Source: Geopsychrobacteraceae bacterium
Lineage (GTDB): Bacteria; Desulfobacterota; Desulfuromonadia; Desulfuromonadales; Geopsychrobacteraceae
Length of the DNA: 64,000 bases
Direction: 5' to 3'
Assembly (NCBI GenBank): GCA_963662315.1
Contig: OY759353.1
Coordinates: 1,472,001-1,536,000, forward strand
Shown piece by piece: positions 30,258 to 39,717 of this stretch. Made by a program: the position numbers and the translations under genes. The notes below the pieces were generated by a model. That model was not told the origin of the DNA. It did no database searches and was given only the letters and a program-made list of their open reading frames with translations. Numbering within the stretch: position 1 is the stretch's first letter; each line of letters opens with the position of its first letter.

Positions 30258-30728
30258 TTATTTTTCCATAGCGGTGACGCCTGTCCTGGCAATCTCGATA
30301 ACATGCTCTTCGCCAACCTCCTCCAGAAACTCGTCAATACGCCGGGTCGACCCGGCCAATTGCAGAATGTGAATATCATCACTTTTCTGCTCAAGAATTT
30401 CAAAGTGATAACGAGGCAACATGGTTTCGAGATGATGGCTGTCGATCTCTATTTTTACGATAGCAACTTCGCGCCAGTAACTGTGGTCAGTATCAAGCTC
30501 CCGGGCAGAGATAACTTCAGTAAATTTTTCCAGTTGTTTGATGATCTGCACGATCCGAGCTTCGTCGTTCTCCTGCAGAGTAATCGTCATACGACTGATC
30601 CCCGGCACTTTGGAGCGACACACAGTCAAAGTATGGACGTTATACATTTTTTTCCTGATCAGCATCGAGATCTTATTTAAAACACCCGGATGATCTAAAG
30701 TAAAAGCCAGAATCGTCCGCCGTTTCAT
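30258..30728 (-). CDS. ilvN: Acetolactate synthase small (regulatory) subunit
   Basis: ACT domain DHPGVLNKI, SRMTI, QIIKQLEK, EIARTG; overlaps the large-subunit stop. Confidence 0.9.
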   Translation of the reverse strand: MKRRTILAFTLDHPGVLNKISMLIRKKMYNVHTLTVCRSKVPGISRMTITLQENDEARIVQIIKQLEKFTEVISARELDTDHSYWREVAIVKIEIDSHHLETMLPRYHFEILEQKSDDIHILQLAGSTRRIDEFLEEVGEEHVIEIARTGVTAMEK

Positions 30729-32485
30729 AAGGATTCTCCTTCCTGCTGCTGTAATCGTTTTTGCGGGTGCTCAACCATCATGTCTTCAAAACCACCACCG
30801 GAGGGGATCATCGGCAGAATAACTTCGGCCGGATCACATATAAATTCAAGAACCATCGCCCCCTTATAGTCGGCCGCGTCCTGGAGAGCTGGCGTGACAT
30901 CAGCAAAGGCGTCAACCTTACGATAGGGTATACCATAGGCCTTGGCCAAGTAACCAAAATCAGGACTCTGCATCGGGGTACCGGCGTAACGAGCATCAAA
31001 GAAGAAGGTCTGCCACTGCCGGACCATCCCGAGGTAACCATTATTCAGAATGATAATCTTGACATCAAGCTGTTGCTCCATAATGGTCCCCAACTCTTGC
31101 AGGTTCATCTGGAAACCACCATCACCACTGATCGACCAGACACGTTCATCAGGACGTGCCAGTTTGACACCAATCGCCATGGGGAGCGAGGCTCCCATAG
31201 TACCGGCCCCACCGGAGGCAAACCAGCTGTTGCGCGTCTGAAAATTGTAATAACGGGCAGAAATCATCTGGTGCTGACCAACATCCGGAACAATCAGATC
31301 CTTACCAGCGGTGACTTCTGACAGTTTATGGATAATCGTTTTCATCAGCAAACGACCCCCTTCTCCCACGCCCGTTGCAATCTCCTCGGCAATATCTGCC
31401 GCCATGACCTGCCTGAACCCGGCGATTTTTTCCAGCCAACGACGGCGCGGCTTATAGGTCAGCATCGGATCGCCGAGCATCATATACAGAGTCCTGCCGA
31501 CATCGGCAGGAATCGCAATAGAGGTTTTTACATTCTTGTCGATTTCAGACGGGTCAATTTCGACATGAATGACTTCGGCATTCTGGGCATATTCCTTTAA
31601 TTTGCCGGTAACCCGGTCATCGAAACGCATACCAAAGGAGATGAGCAGATCAGCCTCGACAATCGCACGATTAGCTTCCACCGTCCCGTGCATCCCCATC
31701 ATTCCTAAACTTAAAGGATGATCAGCGGGCATGGCGGACAATCCATGCAGGGTAAACGCCACAGGGATATTCACCTTCTCAGCAAATTTCTGTAGCAGAC
31801 TTCCGGCATTACTGCTGATCACGCCATGTCCACAGAACAACACCGGACGCTCACTGCGATTGATCATTTCAACCGCTTTTTTGACAATGTCACGCTCGGG
31901 AGTCGGTGTGAAAATATAACCAGGCAGATCGGGACAATAGCTATCCGGGTCAAAAGCATAAGACTCGGACACCTGGGCAACCTGAATATCTTTGGGTACG
32001 TCAATGACGACCGGCCCGCCACGACCGGTCGTCGCGACATAATAGCCTTCGTGAATGGTCTGTTCCACCTCATCAGCGGACAACGGCATATAGGTCTGCT
32101 TGCAAATTGGCATCATGACCCCGACGACATCGCTCTCCTGAAAAGCGTCGGTGGCGATAACCCCGGTTGCGACCTGGCCGGTGATAGCGATCATCGGTAC
32201 CGAATCCATATGGGCATCAGCGATACCGGTAACCAGGTTCATGGCTCCGGGCCCGGAGGTCGACACACAGACCCCGACCTGAGGTTTGTCGGTAGAAAGA
32301 GATGCACGACTTAGCCCCTGAGCCATAAAAGCCGAGCCCTGTTCATGACGCCCCATGACAAACTTGAACAGCCCCATCTTTTCCATTTCGTCAAAAAACG
32401 GCATGATCGCACCACCAATATAGCCAAAAATATATTGGACCCCTTTGTCTTTCAACGCTTTTAGCAATAGTTGTTTTCCGGTCAT
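30725..32485 (-). CDS. ilvB: Acetolactate synthase large subunit
   Basis: RHEQG, TSGPGAMN, AFQESD, GMRFDDRVTG, DVGQHQM, GDGGFQMN..NNGYLGMVRQWQ TPP motif; ATG 32485 with GAGGA. Confidence 0.95.
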   Translation of the reverse strand: MTGKQLLLKALKDKGVQYIFGYIGGAIMPFFDEMEKMGLFKFVMGRHEQGSAFMAQGLSRASLSTDKPQVGVCVSTSGPGAMNLVTGIADAHMDSVPMIAITGQVATGVIATDAFQESDVVGVMMPICKQTYMPLSADEVEQTIHEGYYVATTGRGGPVVIDVPKDIQVAQVSESYAFDPDSYCPDLPGYIFTPTPERDIVKKAVEMINRSERPVLFCGHGVISSNAGSLLQKFAEKVNIPVAFTLHGLSAMPADHPLSLGMMGMHGTVEANRAIVEADLLISFGMRFDDRVTGKLKEYAQNAEVIHVEIDPSEIDKNVKTSIAIPADVGRTLYMMLGDPMLTYKPRRRWLEKIAGFRQVMAADIAEEIATGVGEGGRLLMKTIIHKLSEVTAGKDLIVPDVGQHQMISARYYNFQTRNSWFASGGAGTMGASLPMAIGVKLARPDERVWSISGDGGFQMNLQELGTIMEQQLDVKIIILNNGYLGMVRQWQTFFFDARYAGTPMQSPDFGYLAKAYGIPYRKVDAFADVTPALQDAADYKGAMVLEFICDPAEVILPMIPSGGGFEDMMVEHPQKRLQQQEGESL

Positions 32486-32627
32486 GTGCGTCCTCACAAT
32501 GAAATAATCCAAGCATAAAACAGTTATGTTGAAGAATAATAACAGAATTAGTAATATTTTGTCGCTACCCTTCAAAGAAAAATTTAATATATTGTATTAT
32601 ATGGATTATTAAAGAAAAAATATCTTT

Positions 32628-34211
32628 TTATTCTTGGCCGGAAAACATATCAAGATCATCAACAAGTTTCTCTTCAATTGCACTGGCAAGGACTTTCAGA
32701 GGGGTCAGGGAAAGAAATCGCAAGCCTCCATCACGGCTATTTTCGATTATGGATACCGGCCCCTTACGGACCATCTGAATCTTTTCATGACTCCTGCCAA
32801 GAATCAAAGAAACGCCTTCCATCACTTTACTATGGACATTAATTTTCGCGTTACGGCAGGCAAATTCCTGATAATGAGACGCCGATATTTCAGCACTGAG
32901 GTGCTCTTTTTCTGCAACCAGACTGTCAAACTGGTCATTCAGGATGTCGAGCCGTTTTTCGGCCAGTTTTGCGTAAGCAACATTCCGGGCAATCGAACTG
33001 CGCGTTTTATTGATGGCATCAGTAACCCTGGCCAGATGATCGGCGACATGCTGCTGACGTTTGAGAAGATAATCAAAACGATCGCTATCTGGAAAATAGA
33101 TCCCGGCAATCACGGTTGTCGGCACACCGGATTCGCTGCCGATCACTTTGGCCTCGATCCCCTCGAGTGTGACACATTTTCCCCCCAGCAGGACCCCACC
33201 AATAAGAGCAGTGCCGGTTGATTTTATCAGGCAGTTGCGCACCTCGTTAGCGACCAAGACATTGCCATAACTGATAACATTGACCTGATTGAGAAATTTA
33301 GCTTTTAGATCACCCCGGCAAATGATGGTACCGACACCTTTTCCGGCCATACTGGCGAGGTCAATAGACGCGTCTGATTCGATCAGGCTGGCACCAACAT
33401 GACCATGAATTTTGATACCTTTTGTCGAAACGACCCGAAAATCATCAGGAACATCCCCTTTAATTTCGACAAACCCATCAAATTGTATATTCCCGATACT
33501 CAGATCAAGATCGCCGCCAATCATCCAGTGATCGACAACCGCGAGGGAGTCTTTTTCAAACACCACCTTCCCCGCTTTTTCCGCAAAAGCGACCCGATCA
33601 CCATATTTGAGGATAACCCCTTCTATATTCTTAAGGGAATAAGGATCCCCCGCAGCAGCAGGAATTGGCACCCCTTGCACATTCATACCCGGAATCCCAT
33701 GACCTGGAGGATGGATCATTCCCAGTTTTTGGCCGACCTCGATTTCACTGAACAGATTGAGTTTTTTATGATCTACCGCCCCTTTTTCGTCAGCAACCAG
33801 AGAAATTCCTTCACTTCCGGTCTTTACCATCAGCTCAAACCAGCCGTTTTCCCCTTTAACTGGAGGTATGCCACGCGCAACAATTGCCGGACCCAAAGTT
33901 GTCCCCAGCTCGATATCACCACAAAAATCATAGACAGCGGCGTAGTCTATGGTACTGAGAATATTAATGGTTGCGAGTTGCCAAAGAAGATCAGGCACTG
34001 AAAGATGTGGACGTGACGAACGGCCTGGATCGGCAGATGAAGAAAGAGAAGCCGTACCGTTATCGGCAGCACCGGGTAAAGCTTCAATGGTTGCCAGACA
34101 AACCATATCCTCCTGTGCCAGCGACAGAGTCAGACGACAGCCGCCAAGATCTTCACGCAACAATACCCGCTCCCCGATTGTCGCTGGATTATCAGTATGA
34201 TGTTCCGCCAT
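32628..34211 (-). CDS. DUF342/FapA-family protein
   Basis: ARGIPPVKGENG, DLSIGNIQFDGFVEIKGDV beta-helix repeats, coiled coil near the C-terminus. Confidence 0.85.
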   Translation of the reverse strand: MAEHHTDNPATIGERVLLREDLGGCRLTLSLAQEDMVCLATIEALPGAADNGTASLSSSADPGRSSRPHLSVPDLLWQLATINILSTIDYAAVYDFCGDIELGTTLGPAIVARGIPPVKGENGWFELMVKTGSEGISLVADEKGAVDHKKLNLFSEIEVGQKLGMIHPPGHGIPGMNVQGVPIPAAAGDPYSLKNIEGVILKYGDRVAFAEKAGKVVFEKDSLAVVDHWMIGGDLDLSIGNIQFDGFVEIKGDVPDDFRVVSTKGIKIHGHVGASLIESDASIDLASMAGKGVGTIICRGDLKAKFLNQVNVISYGNVLVANEVRNCLIKSTGTALIGGVLLGGKCVTLEGIEAKVIGSESGVPTTVIAGIYFPDSDRFDYLLKRQQHVADHLARVTDAINKTRSSIARNVAYAKLAEKRLDILNDQFDSLVAEKEHLSAEISASHYQEFACRNAKINVHSKVMEGVSLILGRSHEKIQMVRKGPVSIIENSRDGGLRFLSLTPLKVLASAIEEKLVDDLDMFSGQE

Positions 34212-34232
34212 ATCAGCAACTCGTCATTGAAG

Positions 34233-37200
34233 TCAGCAAGCATATATGGTCAAGTTCCGGTTCGCTTCAAGTAATTCACGCATGTCCTGTGCCGAAAGAG
34301 GTCTGCTGAACAGATAGCCCTGAGCCTCGTGGCAGCCGTGCGCTTCCAGGTATTCATGCTGTTCCGGTGTCTCTACCCCCTCTGCCGTTATCTGCAGATT
34401 GAGGCTACGTCCCATAGCGATAACCGCACGGGTAATCGCCTCCCCTTCCATTTCCGTACCGATATCATGAACAAAAGTCTGATCAATTTTAAGACGACTG
34501 ATCGGTAGCCGTTTGAGATAACTCAATGATGAATGACCGGTTCCGAAATCGTCAATAGACAACTCAACACCCAGATTGCGGATACTCTGCAAGACCGCAA
34601 TCGACTGTTCGGGGTGCTGCATGACAAAACTTTCAGTTATTTCCAACTCCAACGAACCAGACGGCAAACCAGTTTCATACAACACCTTTTCGACCTGTTT
34701 ATGAAGATCCTTTAACTGAATCTGTTTTCCCGACAGATTAACGGCAATACGTTTCACCCCCAGACCTTGCTGACGCCATGCCATCAACTGTTGACAGGCG
34801 GTTTTCAGAACCCACTCCCCGATAGGTATAATCTGGCCGGTCTCTTCACTTAAGGGGATAAATTTCCCCGGCGCAACCATCCCGAGTTCAGGATGTTCCC
34901 AGCGTAACAAGGCTTCAACCGCAACCACGCGACCAGAGTGCAGTTCTACCTGGGGCTGGTAGTTGAGAAACAGTTCACCACGTTCCAAAGCTTTACGCAG
35001 ATGACTTTCCATCAGCACTTTCTCAACCGCAACTTCTGTCAGCTCCGGACTATAAACGTGATACTGATTCTTGCCACTCTCCTTCGCTTTATACATGGCC
35101 GCATCGGCATTTTTCAGTAGGCTTTCCATGCTTGTTTCTGCGCTTCCGTCAAATTCGGCAATCCCCAAGCTACCACTGACCATCAAATCGTAACCTTCAA
35201 CCTTAAACGGCTGCTGCAGACTTTCAATAATCTGGTTTGCCCGAGTAATGGCGTCATCAACCGTCTTGGTTTTATGCAGCACCGTGACAAACTCATCACC
35301 ACTTAAATGAGCAACCGTATCAACCTGCCTGGCACCAACCATCAAGCGCTGGGCGACAGTCTTAAGCACCTTGTCACCGGCATCATGGCCAAGGCTATCG
35401 TTAATTTTTTTGAAATTATCCAGATCGATATAAATGACAGCCCCGCCTGTTCCTTCGCGCTTGGCATTTTGCAATGAGTGCTCCAGACGCGCTTGCAGCA
35501 AACGGCGGTTGGGCAACCCGGTCAGGGGATTGTGATGGGCCAGATATTCAAGTTCTTCTGATGTTTTTTTTATGGAACTGATATCGGAAAAAACCGCGAC
35601 ATAGTTCAACTGGTCCGCATCGTCAGTGATGGTGTTGATGGTCAGAAGTTCCGGGTAAACCTCACCGTTTTTACGCCGATTCCAGATCTCGCCACGCCAA
35701 TGTCCGACATTTAGTAACGTGGCCCATAACTGCTGGTAAAAAGTATCATCATGGCGGCCAGATTTGAGGATATTGACCTTGCAACCAATAGCTTCGGCTT
35801 CAGAATATCCTGTAATGTTGGAAAACGCGGGATTGACAGCATGAATAATTCCTTCGCTGTCGGTGACAAGAATCCCTTCGGTTATACTTTCAAGGACTTT
35901 GCCGGACAACCTTAAGCGAGCATCCTGAAGGTTCTTCTCCGTAATGTCGCGCCCCCGGACAACAAACCCGGTAACCTCTTCACCATTCAGATACGGGTAA
36001 ACAGACAGTTCGATAAAACGCCGTCCACGGGCCGGATATTCGATCCATTCAGTCGTAACCACCGACTGTTTCAAAGTAAACACCATATCCTTGTATTTTA
36101 AATAATCACAATAACGGTCAAGCCCGATCACGTCACTGGCATGACGCCCGATAAGCTTCGCTTCGGTCTCGCCGAGATAGCGTGAATATTCAGCATTGAC
36201 CGCCAGATAGCGACAATCGGCATCAAAAAAAGCTACCAGGTCACGGGAGGTAGCGACAATCTGCTCATAGCGCTTTAGCTTTTCAATATACTGTTCCCGC
36301 TCACTGACATCGAGAGTCACAATGGTACAGGCGGTAACCAGACCATCTGAATCCGTAATCGGGTGAAACTTTAATTCGAAAATACGGCCACGGGAACCCT
36401 GCTTCAGGCTCTCTACCGTCTTACCTTCCCGGAACACCTGACTGATCACATTCTGATCGCAAACAATGCCATGGTGTTGAAATAGTTCCAAGCAGTTGGC
36501 CCCGAAATAATCTTTATCATACAGAAGGTAGCAATCCCGCGCGGCCTGATTCAGCATCAGAATCTGCTGTTTGCTATCAACCAGAATCAAAGAGATATCT
36601 AAACTGTCGGTCAGGGCCCGAAAGCGTCGTTCACTGTCCTGCAGCTTGACACGGTAGGACACCTGCGCGGTGACATCTTCCATCAGGTGCATTCCGTACA
36701 GATAATCTCCGGCCTGATTCCGCACGGCAAACGACTGGGAACGATAAGTCCGATCATCAACCTGAAGGTTTGTCTCATGCGTGCGTTCCTTTTCCAGGGA
36801 CAAAAGGGGTGTACATAAGCAACCCGGCATCGGCATATTCCGCCGCGGAAACAAAGACCAGTACTTCTGGCCAACAGCAGTATCAAGAGAAACCCCGGCA
36901 AGCGTCAGGTAAGTCTTATTGGCTTTAAGAATCCGCCCCTTTCTGTCGTGAATGAACAGAGGAGAATTTATGGCATCAAAAGCATCACCCCACTGTCTTT
37001 CGGAAATCAGCAATTCTGCAGTCCGTTCCTTAACCTGCTCTTCCAGGGTTTCGTTTAACGCCAGTATTTCACTGTGACTCTGATAAAGATTCTCCTTGGT
37101 TTCCTGTAGTTGGACAATGCTCTTCTCCAGCTTACATTGCGAGGAACGAACCTGGCTTAAGACCAGGATAATAAAACCACAAATAATGATAAAAACAACA

Positions 37201-37904
37201 ACGGTCGAAATGATATCCCGTTTCTGACTAGCCGCCCTGACCTGGTGAGTAGATTGGGTGAGTTGGATCAGGGTTTCGTCAGCCAGGGACACCACCAGCT
37301 GTGCCTGCTCACGCATCTGGAACAGTTTATGGCTCACCTCTGTGGCAAAAAAACGTAGATTAAGACCAGCCTGGCGCAAACCTTCAGTCTGCCCATTGTT
37401 CAACGCGTTATTGCGGTGTTGAGTCAGATTCAGCGTGCTGTGAACCTGGGTTTGCATATCGTAGAGCAGCTTTTTTAAAGGCTTAAATTGGGCAGAGAAT
37501 TGGTTTTTTATATCAGGTTGGTAGGTGATGATAAGCGTACCGGTCAATTGAGTCTGCCCATCAGACGACACACTGATCGATCCGCCATGGCTCAGAACAT
37601 CGGCGGTCGCCGTAATATCCTTGACCAGCGCGTCAATCTCTTCAAGCAACACCTGCGGTTTTTCCGCATCCACAGCAATCAGCATCCTGTAAAAATTGGT
37701 GGATATCCTACCCAGGTTATTGACAATCAACTGGCCAAGCTCTTTTCCGTGAGTGGCATTTTCGATTCTCTGATCAAGAAACTGTTCCGTGTCATTCAAG
37801 CGTTGCTGATTGTCCAATAACAATAAGAAACCTGCGAAAACAACAACAACAATTAAAACTAAAGGCAATACGCCACGTAAATAATATCGAGAATCAGGGC
37901 TCAA
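34233..37904 (-). CDS. Membrane-bound multi-PAS GGDEF-EAL protein (c-di-GMP turnover)
   Basis: Two TM helices, four PAS-like repeats, SGDEF variant, EALLRW, DDFGTGHSS, AEGVE, QGYLF. Confidence 0.92.
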   Translation of the reverse strand: MSPDSRYYLRGVLPLVLIVVVVFAGFLLLLDNQQRLNDTEQFLDQRIENATHGKELGQLIVNNLGRISTNFYRMLIAVDAEKPQVLLEEIDALVKDITATADVLSHGGSISVSSDGQTQLTGTLIITYQPDIKNQFSAQFKPLKKLLYDMQTQVHSTLNLTQHRNNALNNGQTEGLRQAGLNLRFFATEVSHKLFQMREQAQLVVSLADETLIQLTQSTHQVRAASQKRDIISTVVVFIIICGFIILVLSQVRSSQCKLEKSIVQLQETKENLYQSHSEILALNETLEEQVKERTAELLISERQWGDAFDAINSPLFIHDRKGRILKANKTYLTLAGVSLDTAVGQKYWSLFPRRNMPMPGCLCTPLLSLEKERTHETNLQVDDRTYRSQSFAVRNQAGDYLYGMHLMEDVTAQVSYRVKLQDSERRFRALTDSLDISLILVDSKQQILMLNQAARDCYLLYDKDYFGANCLELFQHHGIVCDQNVISQVFREGKTVESLKQGSRGRIFELKFHPITDSDGLVTACTIVTLDVSEREQYIEKLKRYEQIVATSRDLVAFFDADCRYLAVNAEYSRYLGETEAKLIGRHASDVIGLDRYCDYLKYKDMVFTLKQSVVTTEWIEYPARGRRFIELSVYPYLNGEEVTGFVVRGRDITEKNLQDARLRLSGKVLESITEGILVTDSEGIIHAVNPAFSNITGYSEAEAIGCKVNILKSGRHDDTFYQQLWATLLNVGHWRGEIWNRRKNGEVYPELLTINTITDDADQLNYVAVFSDISSIKKTSEELEYLAHHNPLTGLPNRRLLQARLEHSLQNAKREGTGGAVIYIDLDNFKKINDSLGHDAGDKVLKTVAQRLMVGARQVDTVAHLSGDEFVTVLHKTKTVDDAITRANQIIESLQQPFKVEGYDLMVSGSLGIAEFDGSAETSMESLLKNADAAMYKAKESGKNQYHVYSPELTEVAVEKVLMESHLRKALERGELFLNYQPQVELHSGRVVAVEALLRWEHPELGMVAPGKFIPLSEETGQIIPIGEWVLKTACQQLMAWRQQGLGVKRIAVNLSGKQIQLKDLHKQVEKVLYETGLPSGSLELEITESFVMQHPEQSIAVLQSIRNLGVELSIDDFGTGHSSLSYLKRLPISRLKIDQTFVHDIGTEMEGEAITRAVIAMGRSLNLQITAEGVETPEQHEYLEAHGCHEAQGYLFSRPLSAQDMRELLEANRNLTIYAC

Positions 37905-38223
37905 AAATAAATCTCCGATATGCGCAGAACAAAATGAGCTTTGGTGAAAATACCTGAAAGGCCAAAAAAAATGGAACCGGGGCAGGCAACATAAGCCCGT
38001 TGCTAATAACTACTCATCCCCCAAAAGTAGCTAATGTCAATAGTCTACATTATCTTTGGTGATGTTCAAGAAAGCTGAGCAAGGTATCTGGGCATCATTT
38101 AACCACCAACTAAGAGCCATGGTTCTTTCTGCTCCGTTCTGCGCGGCAGGTCCCTGGATAAACAGAGGAGTTCAATCGTGCTCCATCCAGCCAAAAAGCT
38201 TTTCCTTTTGATTTTGCACAAAT

Positions 38224-38267
38224 AAAAAAACGCAGGACAAGCAGCTATTGTTAACTGCCCTGCGTTT
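38224..38267 (-). terminator. Rho-independent terminator after the sigma54 regulator
   Basis: AAACGCAGG...CCTGCGTTT stem followed by a T-run on the minus strand. Confidence 0.65.
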
Positions 38268-38303
38268 CAATTGAGCGCACTCTGTGTTTAAGCCTTTAAA
38301 CAG

Positions 38304-39713
38304 TCAGTCCTCGTCTCGGCTTTTCTTGAGTCGTTTACTCAGCGCCTGAGGGGTAACACCCAGCAGCTGCGAGGCCAAAGATTGATTTCCATTGGTCCTG
38401 GCCAGTGCTTCCTCAACCAGCAGCTGACTCATTTGTTTTAACGTTGGCAATGCTGCGGGAAAGTAAACGTGATCCTTGTCATTATCGCTGGCAGGGGTTT
38501 GCATTGATACTGATCCAATAGCACTGCGGAACCGGTTAAGGGACAAGACCCCCTTTTCGTGCAGACTGACGGCATCGTGAATCATTGCGCGCATCTCGCG
38601 GACATTCCCCGGAAAATGGTAGGATTCGAACAAGATTAACAGTTCCTGAGGATAGGAGGGTTTGTTCTTCCCCAGTTTTGCCGACACTTCTGCCAGAAAA
38701 TAATCAAGCAGCAGTGGCAGGTCGTCCTTGCGTTCTTTTAATGACGGCATTTCGACCCGGTGAGAACAGAGGCGATACAGCAGATCCCGGCGAAAAGTCC
38801 CTTCCGCTTCTTTTTTATGCAGATTCTGATTGGTCGCGACAACAATGCGGGCCTTGCAGACCTTGGGCTGGTCACTTCCCAGAGGATAATAATCCCCTTC
38901 CTGCAACAGCCGTAACAATTTCACCTGAGAAGGCATGGACAAATCCCCGATTTCATCAAGAAACAGTATCCCACCATTGGCCTTCTCAATCATCCCCGAG
39001 CGGCTCTGATCAGCACCGGTAAATGCGCCCCTGGTATGCCCGAATAACGTATCGCTGAAAACCATATCATCAAGACCGGCAACGTTTACGGCGACCCATG
39101 GTTTTTCCGGGCAAATCAGGTCGTGCATCGCTTTGGCGATGAGTTCTTTACCGGTCCCGCTTTCGCCGGTAATCAGCAGCGGTTCATCACTGGGGGTAAT
39201 AGCCAGCAGATATTTGAAAATACTACGCATCTTAGCATTATGAGTAACGATGTTCATAAACGCCGGATGATCAACATGGGCGGAATGGAGCAATGTTTCT
39301 TTCAGTTTAAGGTTTTCCCGCTTCACTTCTGCCTGCCGCAGAGAGCGCAGAATACCAGAGACAACCCGCTCTCGCTCATCCGTTTTGACATAAAAATCTT
39401 CGGCACCGGCTTTGACGCAGCGGATGGCCGTATTGAGCTGATTCATGCCACTGATGATAATGACTGGTAAGGCCGGGTAGCTTTCCTTGATCATTTCCAG
39501 CAAAGTCTCACCATTGATATACGGCATGGTCAAATCCAGCAGAACCAGGCTGTAAGATTTGTCGGAAAGCATGCTCATCGCCTTGCGGCTATCACGACAT
39601 GATTCAACATGATTGATACCCGCTGAAATCTTAAGGGATAACGACAAACTGTGAGCCCATGCAGGTTCATCATCAATAATCAATACAGGGTTTTCAGGGT
39701 AAAGGTTATCCAT
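38304..39713 (-). CDS. Sigma54-dependent response regulator, paralog of 17802-19217
   Basis: IIDDE..LLDLTMP, GESGTGKEL, GAFTGA, FPGNVRE, HTH; alternative start 39725. Confidence 0.93.
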   Translation of the reverse strand: MDNLYPENPVLIIDDEPAWAHSLSLSLKISAGINHVESCRDSRKAMSMLSDKSYSLVLLDLTMPYINGETLLEMIKESYPALPVIIISGMNQLNTAIRCVKAGAEDFYVKTDERERVVSGILRSLRQAEVKRENLKLKETLLHSAHVDHPAFMNIVTHNAKMRSIFKYLLAITPSDEPLLITGESGTGKELIAKAMHDLICPEKPWVAVNVAGLDDMVFSDTLFGHTRGAFTGADQSRSGMIEKANGGILFLDEIGDLSMPSQVKLLRLLQEGDYYPLGSDQPKVCKARIVVATNQNLHKKEAEGTFRRDLLYRLCSHRVEMPSLKERKDDLPLLLDYFLAEVSAKLGKNKPSYPQELLILFESYHFPGNVREMRAMIHDAVSLHEKGVLSLNRFRSAIGSVSMQTPASDNDKDHVYFPAALPTLKQMSQLLVEEALARTNGNQSLASQLLGVTPQALSKRLKKSRDED

Positions 39714-39717
39714 AAAA

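Noticed and set aside
32486..32575. In-frame Leu/Ile-rich extension upstream of ilvB (KILLILLLFF) resembling a branched-chain amino acid leader peptide
   Set aside because: No separate stop, RBS or terminator/antiterminator; AT-rich promoter DNA naturally yields Leu/Ile/Phe codons
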